Shown here: one piece after another, positions 30,563 to 40,992 of the stretch
How positions within the stretch are numbered: the stretch's first letter is position 1
Layout of the letters: the number at the start of each line of letters is the position of its first letter
Origin: an uncultured Bacteroidales bacterium
GTDB taxonomy: Bacteria; Bacteroidota; Bacteroidia; Bacteroidales; UBA932
Length of the DNA: 64,000 nt
Assembly (NCBI GenBank): GCA_944326305.1
Contig: CALVDL010000006.1
Span: forward strand, 3,538-67,537
Reading direction: 5' to 3'
The notes under the pieces: model-generated
Told to the model about the DNA's origin: nothing
What the model saw: the letters and a program-made list of their open reading frames with translations, nothing else
Database searches by the model: none
Made by a program: the position numbers and the translations under genes

Positions 30563-31756
30563 CTACAAAGAACGATATTTTTCAAGAGCCTTGGAGAGCA
30601 GAAGGACTGCCTTTTCAAGGCTCTTTGTTTCAAGCACATAAGCAATCCTGACTTCAGAGCGTCCGGCTCCAGGCGTGAAATAGAATCCTGATGCCGGGGC
30701 CATCATCACAGTCTCGCCGTCATACTCGAAGTCCGAAAGGCACCACGCACAGAAACGGTCTGCATCATCTACAGGAAGCTTTGCAATAACATAGAATGAC
30801 CCTGACGGCACAGATACCACCACACCGGGAATGGATTTTAACCCATCTACAAGGACATTCCTCCTGTGTCCATACTCATTGATAACCGGATCAAGGTACT
30901 CCCTTCCTACGCTGCAAGACGCCTCTGCGACAATCTGACCCAGCAAAGGCGGGCTTAACCGGGCCTGGCCGAGTTTCAGGACACCTTCCGCCACAGACCT
31001 GTTCCTGGTCACGACGGCACCTATCCTGATACCGCATTCCGAATACCGTTTGGAGAAAGAATCAAGGATCACGACATTGTCATCCACACCTTCCAGATGA
31101 CCGGCCGATACATACTCCGCGTCCCCATATATGAACTCCCTGTAGACCTCATCCGAGAAAAGGAAAAGGTCATGCCTTCGGACTATTTCCGCTAGCATCT
31201 GCATTTCTGCCGCAGTGTACAGGCTTCCGGTAGGGTTGTTCGGATTGCAGATCAGAATCGCTTTCGTAGCCGGTGTGATCAGCGCCTCGAATTCCTCGAC
31301 CGGAGGCAGGGCGAAATTGTCTTCAATCCTTGTTAAGATGGTCTTGACTTTCACCCCTGCAGCAGCGGCAAATGCAATATAGTTGGCATAGGTCGGGTCA
31401 GTCGTGATAATTTCGTCACCGGGATCCATGCAGGCCAGGAACGAAAACAGCACGGCCTCTGATCCGCCGGAAGTGACAATGATCTGGTCCGGTGAATAAT
31501 CCATCCCGTACCGTGAATAATATACGGCAATCTTTTCCCGCAATGAAAGAAAGCCTTGTGAAGGACTGTATTCCAGGACCGTCCTGTCTATGCGCCTCAA
31601 TGCTTCTATGGCCACTTCAGGTGTCCTTATATCCGGCTGCCCTATATTCAGATGGTATACTTTAACCCCTCTGGCCTTGGCTTTCTCCGCCAGAGGGGCA
31701 AGTTTACGTATAGGAGAAGCGGCTATGCCGTTTATCCGTTTGGATGTTTCTGCCAT
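30563..31756 (-). CDS. PLP-dependent aminotransferase class I/II
   Basis: LNIGQPD, CNPNNPTG, SDEVYREF and DSFSKRYSECGIRIG (PLP Lys) motifs. ATG at 31756 preferred. Confidence 0.92.
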   Translation of the reverse strand: MAETSKRINGIAASPIRKLAPLAEKAKARGVKVYHLNIGQPDIRTPEVAIEALRRIDRTVLEYSPSQGFLSLREKIAVYYSRYGMDYSPDQIIVTSGGSEAVLFSFLACMDPGDEIITTDPTYANYIAFAAAAGVKVKTILTRIEDNFALPPVEEFEALITPATKAILICNPNNPTGSLYTAAEMQMLAEIVRRHDLFLFSDEVYREFIYGDAEYVSAGHLEGVDDNVVILDSFSKRYSECGIRIGAVVTRNRSVAEGVLKLGQARLSPPLLGQIVAEASCSVGREYLDPVINEYGHRRNVLVDGLKSIPGVVVSVPSGSFYVIAKLPVDDADRFCAWCLSDFEYDGETVMMAPASGFYFTPGAGRSEVRIAYVLETKSLEKAVLLLSKALEKYRSL

Positions 31757-31761
31757 AAACG

Positions 31762-32454
31762 TCAGAATCTGAATCCGACAGCAGCGTAGAACATGTCCCT
31801 GTTGCATGTCGCGGACTGGGCAATGTCTCCCTTGAACCTGTCCGTGACACCCCAGTCGTAACCTACCTTCAGTTCAAGGAAATTGAAAAGCTCTACCCCG
31901 ATACCTCCGCCGACAGTAACATCGAACCTCTTGTATTGTGGAAGGCCCAAATGCTGGGTATCCTCCTCATCAAGGGCGTCAGACTTGAACTTCCCGGTGT
32001 AATAGTTGTATTTCAGCGAACCGTCCGCAAAATCATAGCTGTATGTGTGGCTGAGCCCCACAGAAAATACCGGACCTGCATAGGCCTGTATCTTAAGCAC
32101 TCTCGGAACTATGTTGAAAGTATACCTGAGGCGCAGGGGCACATTGAGATAATGATCCTTTTCCGCCCCGCCTTTCATACTCATGTCATCGAAAATCGAC
32201 CTGGCGGACTTGTCTGTAGTATATGAATAGTTCAGTCCTATGCGGAGCCCTAGCCCTGCCACCAGCCTGATGTCATCGCTTACCCCCACATAAAAACCGT
32301 TAAGGGCCGAACTTGTCAAAGCCGGGCTCTCGCCAGAAACATTGTAGCGTGTATTCACATATCCTGCTTCAATCCCGGACTTGGCCGATACTTCCACCGC
32401 TGCCAGCGTAATGACAGCAAGGGCGGAAAACAATTTCAATTTATTCATAGACAT
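31762..32454 (-). CDS. Outer-membrane beta-barrel (porin family) protein
   Basis: Signal peptide, alternating beta-strand pattern, HYLNVPL, RFDVTVGGG, C-terminal VGFRF. Confidence 0.82.
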   Translation of the reverse strand: MSMNKLKLFSALAVITLAAVEVSAKSGIEAGYVNTRYNVSGESPALTSSALNGFYVGVSDDIRLVAGLGLRIGLNYSYTTDKSARSIFDDMSMKGGAEKDHYLNVPLRLRYTFNIVPRVLKIQAYAGPVFSVGLSHTYSYDFADGSLKYNYYTGKFKSDALDEEDTQHLGLPQYKRFDVTVGGGIGVELFNFLELKVGYDWGVTDRFKGDIAQSATCNRDMFYAAVGFRF

Positions 32455-32488
32455 TTTATTTTAACCGCCCCAAATTTATACATTTTTT

Positions 32489-33586
32489 TCATTTCAGGAC
32501 ACAGTCCGTTACGTTCTTGACTCCCACAAGACCGAAATACGATTCTACAATATCCCCTTTCAGATACACCCGCCTGCCGATGTTCTCAGGATGCTCCGCC
32601 AGGCTCAATACATCCCTTATGTCCCCTGCCGGGACAGACACTGCTATGCACGACTCCCTGGAAGATACAGACGAGCGGCTCGCCACAGCGAGGTTTGAAC
32701 CGGAAGAAAAGGGAGGGCTGAAGGAAACGGATGTCCTGCTCAGGTCACCGCCCACAATATAGCCGCAGACCCATACGTCTGCCGCACCGATATTCTCCCT
32801 TGCCTGGGTCACTGACATGGCATTATCCGCATCCTCACCCTTCCCGCTGTCTCCTCCGCCTATGACAAAATCCTCATCATTCCATATCCTTGTCGTATCT
32901 ATTGATATGGAAATACCATCGTCATCCTGGACAATATCGTCCGATACCTGTATGCCTATTGTCAATATCTCCTGCCTCCCGAGAGTCCTGGTGAGGAGTG
33001 TCTTCATCTCTCCCCCGCTATCAAGGAGCACCGACACTGCCCCGGGCGTGAAATACGCTATCCTTTTTTCTTTATATCCGTACATAAGGCGACCGTCATC
33101 CGACGAGACGAACAGTACGCCATCCGGAAACGCATCCAGGAACTCAGGGGAGATACGAAGCTTTATACCTGAATTCATCTGCCTGCACTCCAGAGCCACA
33201 TCGACAAGGCCGTCCGAAGGGACGATGATACACTGCTCGTCCCCGAACTGCGGTTTCGAGAACTGCGGCTTTGAAAACTCACAGGACTTCACGCTTACCG
33301 TATAGCTTCCGGCAGGCACAGATAGCGACTCCGGAGAATCCCCATAGAACCCCGAATAGACTGTCTCCCCTGACGAATTCCTTATATCAAGGATAAAATC
33401 ATTCGTGTCCGGCAGTTCTGCATGTTCAAGAGCAGACTTGTACATGTCCTCGGGAAACCTTATCCTCATACATCCGCTCCCTACATCCCCTCCGGAATCC
33501 CTGGAGCACGAAACAGTCATGGCAACAACGGTAATCTGGAGTATTGCCAGACCTGACAAACAGAAAAAACTTTTTCTCATATTCAT
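32489..33586 (-). CDS. Lipoprotein, DUF4493-like N-terminal domain with DUF6359-like C-terminal domain
   Basis: Lipobox TVSC, LPDTNDFILDI, PAGSYTV, C-terminal MSVTQA...VWVCGYIVGG...YFGLVGVK. Domain names are from recall and unverified. Confidence 0.6.
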   Translation of the reverse strand: MNMRKSFFCLSGLAILQITVVAMTVSCSRDSGGDVGSGCMRIRFPEDMYKSALEHAELPDTNDFILDIRNSSGETVYSGFYGDSPESLSVPAGSYTVSVKSCEFSKPQFSKPQFGDEQCIIVPSDGLVDVALECRQMNSGIKLRISPEFLDAFPDGVLFVSSDDGRLMYGYKEKRIAYFTPGAVSVLLDSGGEMKTLLTRTLGRQEILTIGIQVSDDIVQDDDGISISIDTTRIWNDEDFVIGGGDSGKGEDADNAMSVTQARENIGAADVWVCGYIVGGDLSRTSVSFSPPFSSGSNLAVASRSSVSSRESCIAVSVPAGDIRDVLSLAEHPENIGRRVYLKGDIVESYFGLVGVKNVTDCVLK

Positions 33587-33623
33587 GAATTTGGTTGGTT
33601 GACAGGCCAAAGATATAATGAGA

Positions 33624-33660
33624 AACCGGCCCTGCAGATACGCAGGACCGATGTTTTTCT
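33624..33660. terminator. Terminator downstream of uvrD
   Basis: CCGGCCCTGC-AGATAC-GCAGGACCG hairpin with T runs on both strands. Confidence 0.55.
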
Positions 33661-33727
33661 GAATCTTTATTTTTTTTACGTTTTTTAAGGAAAACAGTAA
33701 AAAAGATTTTTCTGTTTTTTTTAGAAA

Positions 33728-36166
33728 CTATTTTTCCACTGTCCGTATCTTGGCATATTTCAGAAGCAGTATCTTCTCGCCGTAGCTGTCAAAAGCGATC
33801 CTGGCCTTCAGGTCAGAAGGTCCGCCGGTAATCTCGATGATCTTCCCGAAGCCGAAACGGTTATGCTCTACCCTCTGCCCGGCCTTAAGCTGCAGAATAG
33901 GGGTCGGCTCGAACTCCGCACCCGGTCTTGGAGGAACAGAGACAGCCGGCTTGCGGGAAGCCGGGGAAGGGATTACAGTAACATCTCCTGACCTTCCGTA
34001 AGAGGATGAAGACATGCCCTGGCGTCCCACCTGCGGCCTTGCGGCATATCCGGAACTCGCGAACGGCCTCCGGCTCCGCTGCCAGGATAGAGCAGGACCG
34101 GCAGGCTCATCCTCATCGCCCTGTCCGAGCGGATTCGAGATATATCTGCTGTCTATCTCCCGGAGGAAGCGGCTCGGAGAATTGGACTCATGTTTACCGT
34201 TGCGCATCCGGGTAGTAGCAAAAGACAGCTGGAGCCCCTTTTCAGCCCGTGTCATAGCAACATAGCAAAGCCGTCTCTCCTCCTCTATATCATTTTCCGA
34301 AGCCATCGAGCCGCCTGACGGAAAGATATTCTCCTCCATGCCGGCGACATATACATAAGGGAATTCAAGACCCTTGGACGAATGGATGGTCATGAGAGCT
34401 ATCCTGTTGGCTGTATCCTCAGAATCATCAATGTCGGCGGCACTCAGCAGGGATACATTCTCCAGATATTCGTCAAGAGTGACCACCGGAAGGCCGGAGG
34501 CCGGCAGCTCCTCCCCCTCGGCAACACTGCCGTCAGCCTGCATCTGCTCAAAATACTCGCTCTGGCGTTCCTCCACAAAAGTCCTGACACTGTTCAGGAG
34601 CTCCTCCACATTGGCCGCACGGGACTGGCTTTCGATGCTGTTGTCGTTTTTGTACAGCATCAGCAGCCCTGAATCAAGTGCGAGGGAAGTGGAGAGGCTC
34701 CCGGCATCATCCGTCATGGCTTTGGCCGAGAAACGCTGCATCATATCACAGAATGCACGGATCTTCTGGAGTGCGGCGGATTTCAGGCCGTACATCTCCA
34801 GGTTGTCAAGGTAAACAGCTTTAAAAAGCGGACAGCAGTTATCTATGGCGGCTGCGGCAAGAGCGGCCAGGGACGTATCCCCTATCCCCCTTGCAGGCTT
34901 GTTCACAACCCTTTTAAAAGATTCATCATCATTCAGATTGACAGCAAGTTTCAGATATGCCATCATATCCTTCACCTCGGCCCTCTCATAAAAGGAATTC
35001 CCGGAATATATCAGATACGGCAGATTCCTTTTCCGTAGGGCCTCCTCTATGGCCCTGGACTGTGAATTCGTCCTGTAAAGTATTGCAAAATCCTGGTATT
35101 GGGCCGAGTCTGACCTTATCCTCGACATTATCGAAGAGGCTATCAGCAGGGCCTCCTCCTGTTCGGTATAGGCATTGATAAGCTTTATCTTCTCCCCCTC
35201 CTCCCCTTCAGAATAGCATTTCTTTGGAATACGCGCGCTGTTCCTTGCAATCAGTGAATTGGCCGCATCCACTATTGTCCTTGTAGAGCGGTAGTTCTGT
35301 TCGAGACGGAAGGTCTTGTTGTCCGGATAATCCTTCTGGAAGTTAAGGATGTTCTCTATTTTCGCGCCACGGAAGGAATAGATTGACTGGGAGTCATCCC
35401 CCACAACACATATATTTTTGTGCCGCAAGCTCAATTTCCTTAATATCAAGTACTGGGAATAATTTGTATCCTGGTACTCGTCAACCATTATATAGCGGAA
35501 CCTTTCCGAAATGGACTCGAGAGCCTGGGGGCAGTCCCGCAACAGGATGTTCATATTCAGAAGAATATCATCGAAATCCATCACACCGGACTGCCGGCAC
35601 TTCTGGGCATAAAGCTGGTAGATGTCGCAGATCCTGGGCTTGCGGGCGGCTGCATCGTTCTGCTGCGCAACGGTATTGCGGCGGTAGGCCTCCGGCGTGA
35701 CAAGGTTGTTTTTCGCCATAGAAATCCTTGAAAGGACGTCCTTCGGCTTGTACACCTTCTCATCCAGCTGGAGTTCCTTGACACAGCTTTTTATCGCACT
35801 CGTAGAATCGCTCGTATCATAGATGGTAAAATTCTGCGGATAGCCCAGGCTTCCGGAAAACTCCCGGAGGAAACGGATAAATACCGAATGGAAAGTGCCC
35901 ATGAAAAGTCTTCTGGCCTTATGCTCCCCTACCATCACAGCCACCCTCTCCTTCATCTCCGAAGCGGCCTTCTTCGTGAAGGTCAAGGCCAATATCTTGT
36001 CCGGAGGACACCCGTTATCAAGGATATAGGCTATCCTGCTTGTCAATACCCTGGTCTTTCCCGACCCCGCACCGGCGACAATGAGCACCGGCCCCTCAAT
36101 ACAGCTGACAGCCTTCCTCTGCTCGCTGTTCAGCCCCTCCAATATTGTATTCGCATTGTTTCCCAT
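33728..36166 (-). CDS. uvrD: ATP-dependent DNA helicase UvrD/PcrA
   Basis: AGAGSGKT, ALTFTKKAA, VDEYQDTN, VGDDSQSIYSFRGA, LEQNYRST, TIHSSKGLEF and EERRLCYVAMTRA motifs. ATG at 36166 preferred. Confidence 0.96.
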   Translation of the reverse strand: MGNNANTILEGLNSEQRKAVSCIEGPVLIVAGAGSGKTRVLTSRIAYILDNGCPPDKILALTFTKKAASEMKERVAVMVGEHKARRLFMGTFHSVFIRFLREFSGSLGYPQNFTIYDTSDSTSAIKSCVKELQLDEKVYKPKDVLSRISMAKNNLVTPEAYRRNTVAQQNDAAARKPRICDIYQLYAQKCRQSGVMDFDDILLNMNILLRDCPQALESISERFRYIMVDEYQDTNYSQYLILRKLSLRHKNICVVGDDSQSIYSFRGAKIENILNFQKDYPDNKTFRLEQNYRSTRTIVDAANSLIARNSARIPKKCYSEGEEGEKIKLINAYTEQEEALLIASSIMSRIRSDSAQYQDFAILYRTNSQSRAIEEALRKRNLPYLIYSGNSFYERAEVKDMMAYLKLAVNLNDDESFKRVVNKPARGIGDTSLAALAAAAIDNCCPLFKAVYLDNLEMYGLKSAALQKIRAFCDMMQRFSAKAMTDDAGSLSTSLALDSGLLMLYKNDNSIESQSRAANVEELLNSVRTFVEERQSEYFEQMQADGSVAEGEELPASGLPVVTLDEYLENVSLLSAADIDDSEDTANRIALMTIHSSKGLEFPYVYVAGMEENIFPSGGSMASENDIEEERRLCYVAMTRAEKGLQLSFATTRMRNGKHESNSPSRFLREIDSRYISNPLGQGDEDEPAGPALSWQRSRRPFASSGYAARPQVGRQGMSSSSYGRSGDVTVIPSPASRKPAVSVPPRPGAEFEPTPILQLKAGQRVEHNRFGFGKIIEITGGPSDLKARIAFDSYGEKILLLKYAKIRTVEK

Positions 36167-36356
36167 AATGGCCGCGAATATACAAAAATTTATTTCTCCA
36201 TTAAGCCGGTCCCGGTCCTGACGGAAAGAACATACAGCCGGGTTCCTGCCAATCATAAAAAATTGACCTTAACTCAAATCAGGTGAATTGGAAAAGAACT
36301 AAAAAAACACTATATTCGCGGCGGTTTTCTGAAAATACTCAAAAACGGTTTTTATA

Positions 36357-37715
36357 ATGTCAAACAACATTGATTTGAAACGTGGGCTGGACATCCCTAT
36401 CACGGGTACTGCAGCCCAGAAGACCAAGAAGGTGGTAAAACCAGATGTTGTGGCCGTAAAACCCACTGATTTCAGAGGTCTCCTGCCGAGACTTCTGGTC
36501 AGGGAAGGTGACAAGGTCCTGGCAGGCTCCCCTGTCTTGGCAGACAAGAAATCCCCTGAAATACTGTTCACTTCCCCTGTAAGCGGGACCGTGACGGAAA
36601 TCGTCAGAGGAGAAAAAAGAAAGTTGCTTGAAGTCCGTATCAAGGCTGATGAATCCCAGGAGTATGTAGATTTCGGTTCCAGGAAAGTCGCCGGCATGAG
36701 TACCGGCGAGATCAAGGAAGTCCTCCTGAAAAGCGGACTGTGGCCTGCATTCATACAGAGGCCGTACGGAATCATCGCGGATCCGGAAATCCGGCCCAAG
36801 GCAATTTTCGTATCAGCATTCACTACAGCCCCTCTTGCAGCAAGCACCGAATATGCATTCAGGGATGAAATGAACTACATCCAGACTGCAGTCGACGCCA
36901 TTTCAAAACTGACCGACGGCGGGGTACATGTTTCACTCAACAGCTCGAACTACTCGGGCACTCCTTTCCACAAGCTCGAGAATGTCACTTTCCATGTGTT
37001 CTCCGGCAAACACCCTGCCGGAAATGTGGGTGTACAGATCCACCATATCTCCCCTATCAGGAAAGGAGAGACAGTATGGACTGTTTCACCTCTCATGCTT
37101 GCAGCTATCGGAAAACTCTTTGTCACAGGGAAATACGACATGTCCCGTCTGGTGGCTGTAACTGGCCCGGAGGCTGATGACCCTTGCTATGTGCAGGGTA
37201 TAGCCGGCATGCAGATGGACAGCATAGCGGACTTCCGCAAGGACAAAGGTGCTGAAGTGAGGTTCATCAGCGGCGATGTCCTCACAGGCAGCAATACCGG
37301 AGAGCACGGCTTCCTGGGATTTTATGACAACCAGGTGACCCTGATCGAGGAAGGCAACAAATTTGAGATGCTCGGATGGGCCAAGCCTGTCAGGAGCAGC
37401 CTTTTCAGCTTCTCCCACACCTATTTCTCCTGGCTTACGCCAAACAAGAAATACAATATGGACACCAATCTCCATGGAGGCCCGCGCGCTTTCGTGATGT
37501 CGGATGTGTACGGGAAAGTCCTTCCTATGGACATATACCCCGTATACCTTGTCAAGGCATGCCTTGCAGGGGACATCGACAAGATGGAGAAGTTCGGCAT
37601 ATATGAAGTCCTGGAGGAGGACCTCGCGCTCTGCGAATATGTGTGCCCTTCAAAAATCGAGATCCAGTCTATACTTTCAGACGGCATAGACCTGATGATG
37701 AAAGAAATGGCTTAA
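36357..37715 (+). CDS. nqrA: Na(+)-translocating NADH:quinone reductase subunit A
   Basis: LKRGLDIPI, SPVSG, GKHPAGNVG and EEDLALCEYVCPSK motifs. First of six contiguous nqr genes. Confidence 0.96.
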   Translation: MSNNIDLKRGLDIPITGTAAQKTKKVVKPDVVAVKPTDFRGLLPRLLVREGDKVLAGSPVLADKKSPEILFTSPVSGTVTEIVRGEKRKLLEVRIKADESQEYVDFGSRKVAGMSTGEIKEVLLKSGLWPAFIQRPYGIIADPEIRPKAIFVSAFTTAPLAASTEYAFRDEMNYIQTAVDAISKLTDGGVHVSLNSSNYSGTPFHKLENVTFHVFSGKHPAGNVGVQIHHISPIRKGETVWTVSPLMLAAIGKLFVTGKYDMSRLVAVTGPEADDPCYVQGIAGMQMDSIADFRKDKGAEVRFISGDVLTGSNTGEHGFLGFYDNQVTLIEEGNKFEMLGWAKPVRSSLFSFSHTYFSWLTPNKKYNMDTNLHGGPRAFVMSDVYGKVLPMDIYPVYLVKACLAGDIDKMEKFGIYEVLEEDLALCEYVCPSKIEIQSILSDGIDLMMKEMA

Positions 37716-37725
37716 AAGTGAAGTT

Positions 37726-38916
37726 ATGAGAAAATTTATCGATAAGATCAAACCGTCATTCGAGAAAGGCGGAAAATTCGGATTCCTTCATTCGACTTTC
37801 GATGCTTTCGAGTCATTCCTTTATGTTCCGGACACTGTGACACTCAAGGGTTCGCATGTAAGGGACAGCGTCGATCTGAAGAGAATAATGATAACAGTAG
37901 TAGTAGCCCTCGTACCATGCGCCCTTTTCGGCATCTGGAATGTCGGCTACCAGCACAACCTCGCGTTCGACCTCAACTGGGGCTTCTGGCAGATGGTATG
38001 GTACGGATTCCTCAGGGTCCTTCCTCTGTATGTCGTTGCATACGTAGTAGGTCTTGCGATAGAATTCATATCCGCCCAGATACGCGGACATGAAGTGAAC
38101 GAGGGATTCCTCGTGTCAGGTATGCTCATCCCGCTGATTGTCCCTGTGGACGTTCCTCTGTGGATGCTCGCCATTGCAGTGGCATTCGCAGTGATCCTCG
38201 GCAAGGAAGTGTTCGGCGGCACAGGCATGAACATCTGGAACCCGGCCCTGCTGTGCCGTGCATTCCTGTTCTTCTCATACCCGAGCAAGATGTCCGGCGA
38301 CACCATCTGGACAGGAGGTGTCACAAGATACCTCACTGACGGGACCGCATTCCAGAGCGGGAACGGGCTTGCAGACGCATTCTCAGGTGCCACTCCTCTC
38401 GTACATGCAGGAGCAGGTGGAGTACAGGGACTGACCGATGCCGGGACATCATTCATGGACCTCATTATAGGTACTATCCCTGGAGCTGTGGGCGAGACTT
38501 CTGTCATAGCCATCCTCATCGGTGCGGTAATCCTCATCTGGACTGGTGTAGCAAGCTGGAAGATAATGCTTTCATCCGTAATCGGGGCACTTGCCATCGG
38601 CGGGCTCTGCAACCTTATCGGCGGGACACCGGCAATGGAAATGCCTGCATACTACCACCTTGTACTCGGCGGATTTGCATTCGGTACAGTGTTCATGGCC
38701 ACAGATCCTGTGACATCAGCCCAGACAGAGACCGGGAAATGGATCTACGGATTCCTTGTAGGAGCCCTCACGGTGACCGTAAGGCTTTTCAACCCTGGAT
38801 ACGTTGAAGGTATGATGCTCGCTATCCTGCTGATGAACACATTCGCACCTCTGATTGACCACTATGTCATCGAGGCATCCATCAGCAGAAGGGCTAAAAA
38901 AGTTAAAGTCGCTTAA
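37726..38916 (+). CDS. nqrB: Na(+)-NQR subunit B
   Basis: DLKRIMITV, KEVFGGTG, FMN site SGATPL, FMATDPV. Confidence 0.96.
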   Translation: MRKFIDKIKPSFEKGGKFGFLHSTFDAFESFLYVPDTVTLKGSHVRDSVDLKRIMITVVVALVPCALFGIWNVGYQHNLAFDLNWGFWQMVWYGFLRVLPLYVVAYVVGLAIEFISAQIRGHEVNEGFLVSGMLIPLIVPVDVPLWMLAIAVAFAVILGKEVFGGTGMNIWNPALLCRAFLFFSYPSKMSGDTIWTGGVTRYLTDGTAFQSGNGLADAFSGATPLVHAGAGGVQGLTDAGTSFMDLIIGTIPGAVGETSVIAILIGAVILIWTGVASWKIMLSSVIGALAIGGLCNLIGGTPAMEMPAYYHLVLGGFAFGTVFMATDPVTSAQTETGKWIYGFLVGALTVTVRLFNPGYVEGMMLAILLMNTFAPLIDHYVIEASISRRAKKVKVA

Positions 38917-38930
38917 TATAATATTGAGGT

Positions 38931-39707
38931 ATGAATACAAACGGTAATACATATACAGTCATATACTCGACCGTTCTCGTAATCCTGGTTGCGGCGATTC
39001 TTGCTTTTGTAGCCATGATCCTGCAGCCAATGCAGAACGAGAACGTGAAGAAAGAGACTATCGGCAAGCTGCTCAGCGCCGCAGGCCAGGTTGACGGGTC
39101 CGTCACTGTAGGTGAAGACACCGATGTGATTGCACTCTACACGAAAACAGTCAAGGACGCATTCTTCGTGGACGGGTCCGGCAAGAAAGTCGGTGAAATG
39201 AACATCGGCAAGGAAAACGCCAATGACATCCAGGTATCCACTACAGCGGACCTGAAGAAACAGAATGACCTCCTCAAGAAAATAGAGAACGGCAACTCAG
39301 ACCTTCTCTCACAGCTCAGGCTGCCGGTATATGTCTTTGACATCAACGGCAGGACTGTAACCGTCATCCCGTGCTACGGTGCCGGGCTGTGGGGACCGAT
39401 ATGGGGCTATGTGGCACTTGCAGAAGACGGCAAGACCATCGACGGAGCCATATTCGACCACAAGGGGGAAACCCCTGGCCTGGGGTCAAAGATTGCGGAT
39501 GAGCCTTTCTACGGACAGTTCAAGGACAAGACTCTCGGAGAAGGTGACAATATGTTCGCAGTGGTAAAAGGCGGGGCCAAGGACAACCCTCACGGTGTTG
39601 ATGCCATAAGCGGAGCCACCATCACTTCCCAGGCTCTGGGACGGAGCATCAACCTGTGGGCAAAATACTATGAGCCGTATCTGAACACACTGGCGGCAGC
39701 CAAATAA
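38931..39707 (+). CDS. nqrC: Na(+)-NQR subunit C
   Basis: N-terminal TM, GAGLWGPIWGY, ETPGLG, FMN site DAISGATITS. Confidence 0.96.
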   Translation: MNTNGNTYTVIYSTVLVILVAAILAFVAMILQPMQNENVKKETIGKLLSAAGQVDGSVTVGEDTDVIALYTKTVKDAFFVDGSGKKVGEMNIGKENANDIQVSTTADLKKQNDLLKKIENGNSDLLSQLRLPVYVFDINGRTVTVIPCYGAGLWGPIWGYVALAEDGKTIDGAIFDHKGETPGLGSKIADEPFYGQFKDKTLGEGDNMFAVVKGGAKDNPHGVDAISGATITSQALGRSINLWAKYYEPYLNTLAAAK

Positions 39708-39722
39708 TTGGAGGACGAAACT

Positions 39723-40346
39723 ATGGCAAAAATCGATTATAAAGAAGTACTGCTCAAACCGATATTCAAGGGCAACCCTGTGACGGTACTCGTCCTTGGT
39801 ATCTGTTCATCACTGGCTGTGACAGTGCAGCTTGAAGGAGCCATCGTAATGGGCCTTTCAGTGACTATCGTCACAGGACTGTCAAGCTTTGTGGTATCCC
39901 TGATGAGGAACTCGATTCCGAACCGTATCCGAATCATCGTCCAGCTCGTCGTAGTGGCGCTCATGGTGATTCTCGTGGACCAGGTGCTGAAAGCATACAT
40001 GTACAGTGTCAGCAAGGCGCTGTCCGTCTATGTCGGACTTATCATCACCAACTGTATCGTGATGGGACGTATCGAGGCATACGCCCTGGGCAACAAGCCG
40101 ATCCCGTCCCTTCTTGACGGTCTTGCAAACGGCGCCGGATATGCCCTCATCCTTATCGCCCTCGCTTTCGTGAGGGAAATCCTCGGATCAGGCACACTGT
40201 TCGGAATGAGGATAATACCTGAAGCGGTGTATGAGGCCGGCTACATGAACAACGGCCTTATTATCCTGCCGCCTATGGCCCTCATCCTGCTGGGATGCAT
40301 CGTATGGATACAGAGAAGCATACAGAAAGACCTGCAGGAAAAATAA
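39723..40346 (+). CDS. nqrD: Na(+)-NQR subunit D
   Basis: LGICSSLAVT, VGLIITNCIVMGR. ATG at 39723 is preceded by GGAGG. Confidence 0.95.
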   Translation: MAKIDYKEVLLKPIFKGNPVTVLVLGICSSLAVTVQLEGAIVMGLSVTIVTGLSSFVVSLMRNSIPNRIRIIVQLVVVALMVILVDQVLKAYMYSVSKALSVYVGLIITNCIVMGRIEAYALGNKPIPSLLDGLANGAGYALILIALAFVREILGSGTLFGMRIIPEAVYEAGYMNNGLIILPPMALILLGCIVWIQRSIQKDLQEK

Positions 40347-40365
40347 CATCTAACTCGAATCGGAT

Positions 40366-40974
40366 ATGGAATATATAAGCTTATTCGTAAAGTCAATTTT
40401 TGTTGACAACATGATATTCGCCTACTTCCTGGGCATGTGCTCATATCTGGCGGTATCTAAGAATGTGAAGACAGCTACCGGTTTGGGAATAGCTGTTATC
40501 GGAGTGCTGCTGATCACACTGCCTATCAACTACCTGCTGAATGAATTCGTACTGAAGGCCGGTGCCCTCGCATGGGCAGGTCTTCCTGATGTGGACCTGA
40601 GCTTCCTGAGTTTCATCGTGTTCATCGCAGTCGTGGCGGCCATCACCCAGATAGTGGAAATGGTGGTGGAGAAATTCACCCCGACCCTGTACTCGCAGCT
40701 GGGTATCTTCCTCCCGCTGATCGCAGTGAACTGCGCCATCCTCGGAGGCTCCCTCTTCATGCAGGAAAGGGATTTCGTGAATTTCGGTGAAGCCACTGTC
40801 TATGCGCTCGGTTCCGGTATCGGCTGGTTCCTGGCTATCGTGACCCTGGCTGCAATCAGGGAGAAGATGGCATACTCCAATGTGCCTGCCGCTCTCCGTG
40901 GACTTGGAATAACCTTCATCACAGTGGGTCTCATGGCTATCGCGTTCATGACATTCATGGGTATTCAACTTTAA
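40366..40974 (+). CDS. nqrE: Na(+)-NQR subunit E
   Basis: [23 protein letters not shown]. Confidence 0.96.
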   Translation: MEYISLFVKSIFVDNMIFAYFLGMCSYLAVSKNVKTATGLGIAVIGVLLITLPINYLLNEFVLKAGALAWAGLPDVDLSFLSFIVFIAVVAAITQIVEMVVEKFTPTLYSQLGIFLPLIAVNCAILGGSLFMQERDFVNFGEATVYALGSGIGWFLAIVTLAAIREKMAYSNVPAALRGLGITFITVGLMAIAFMTFMGIQL

Positions 40975-40992
40975 TCCTGGAGGTTCAAAACT

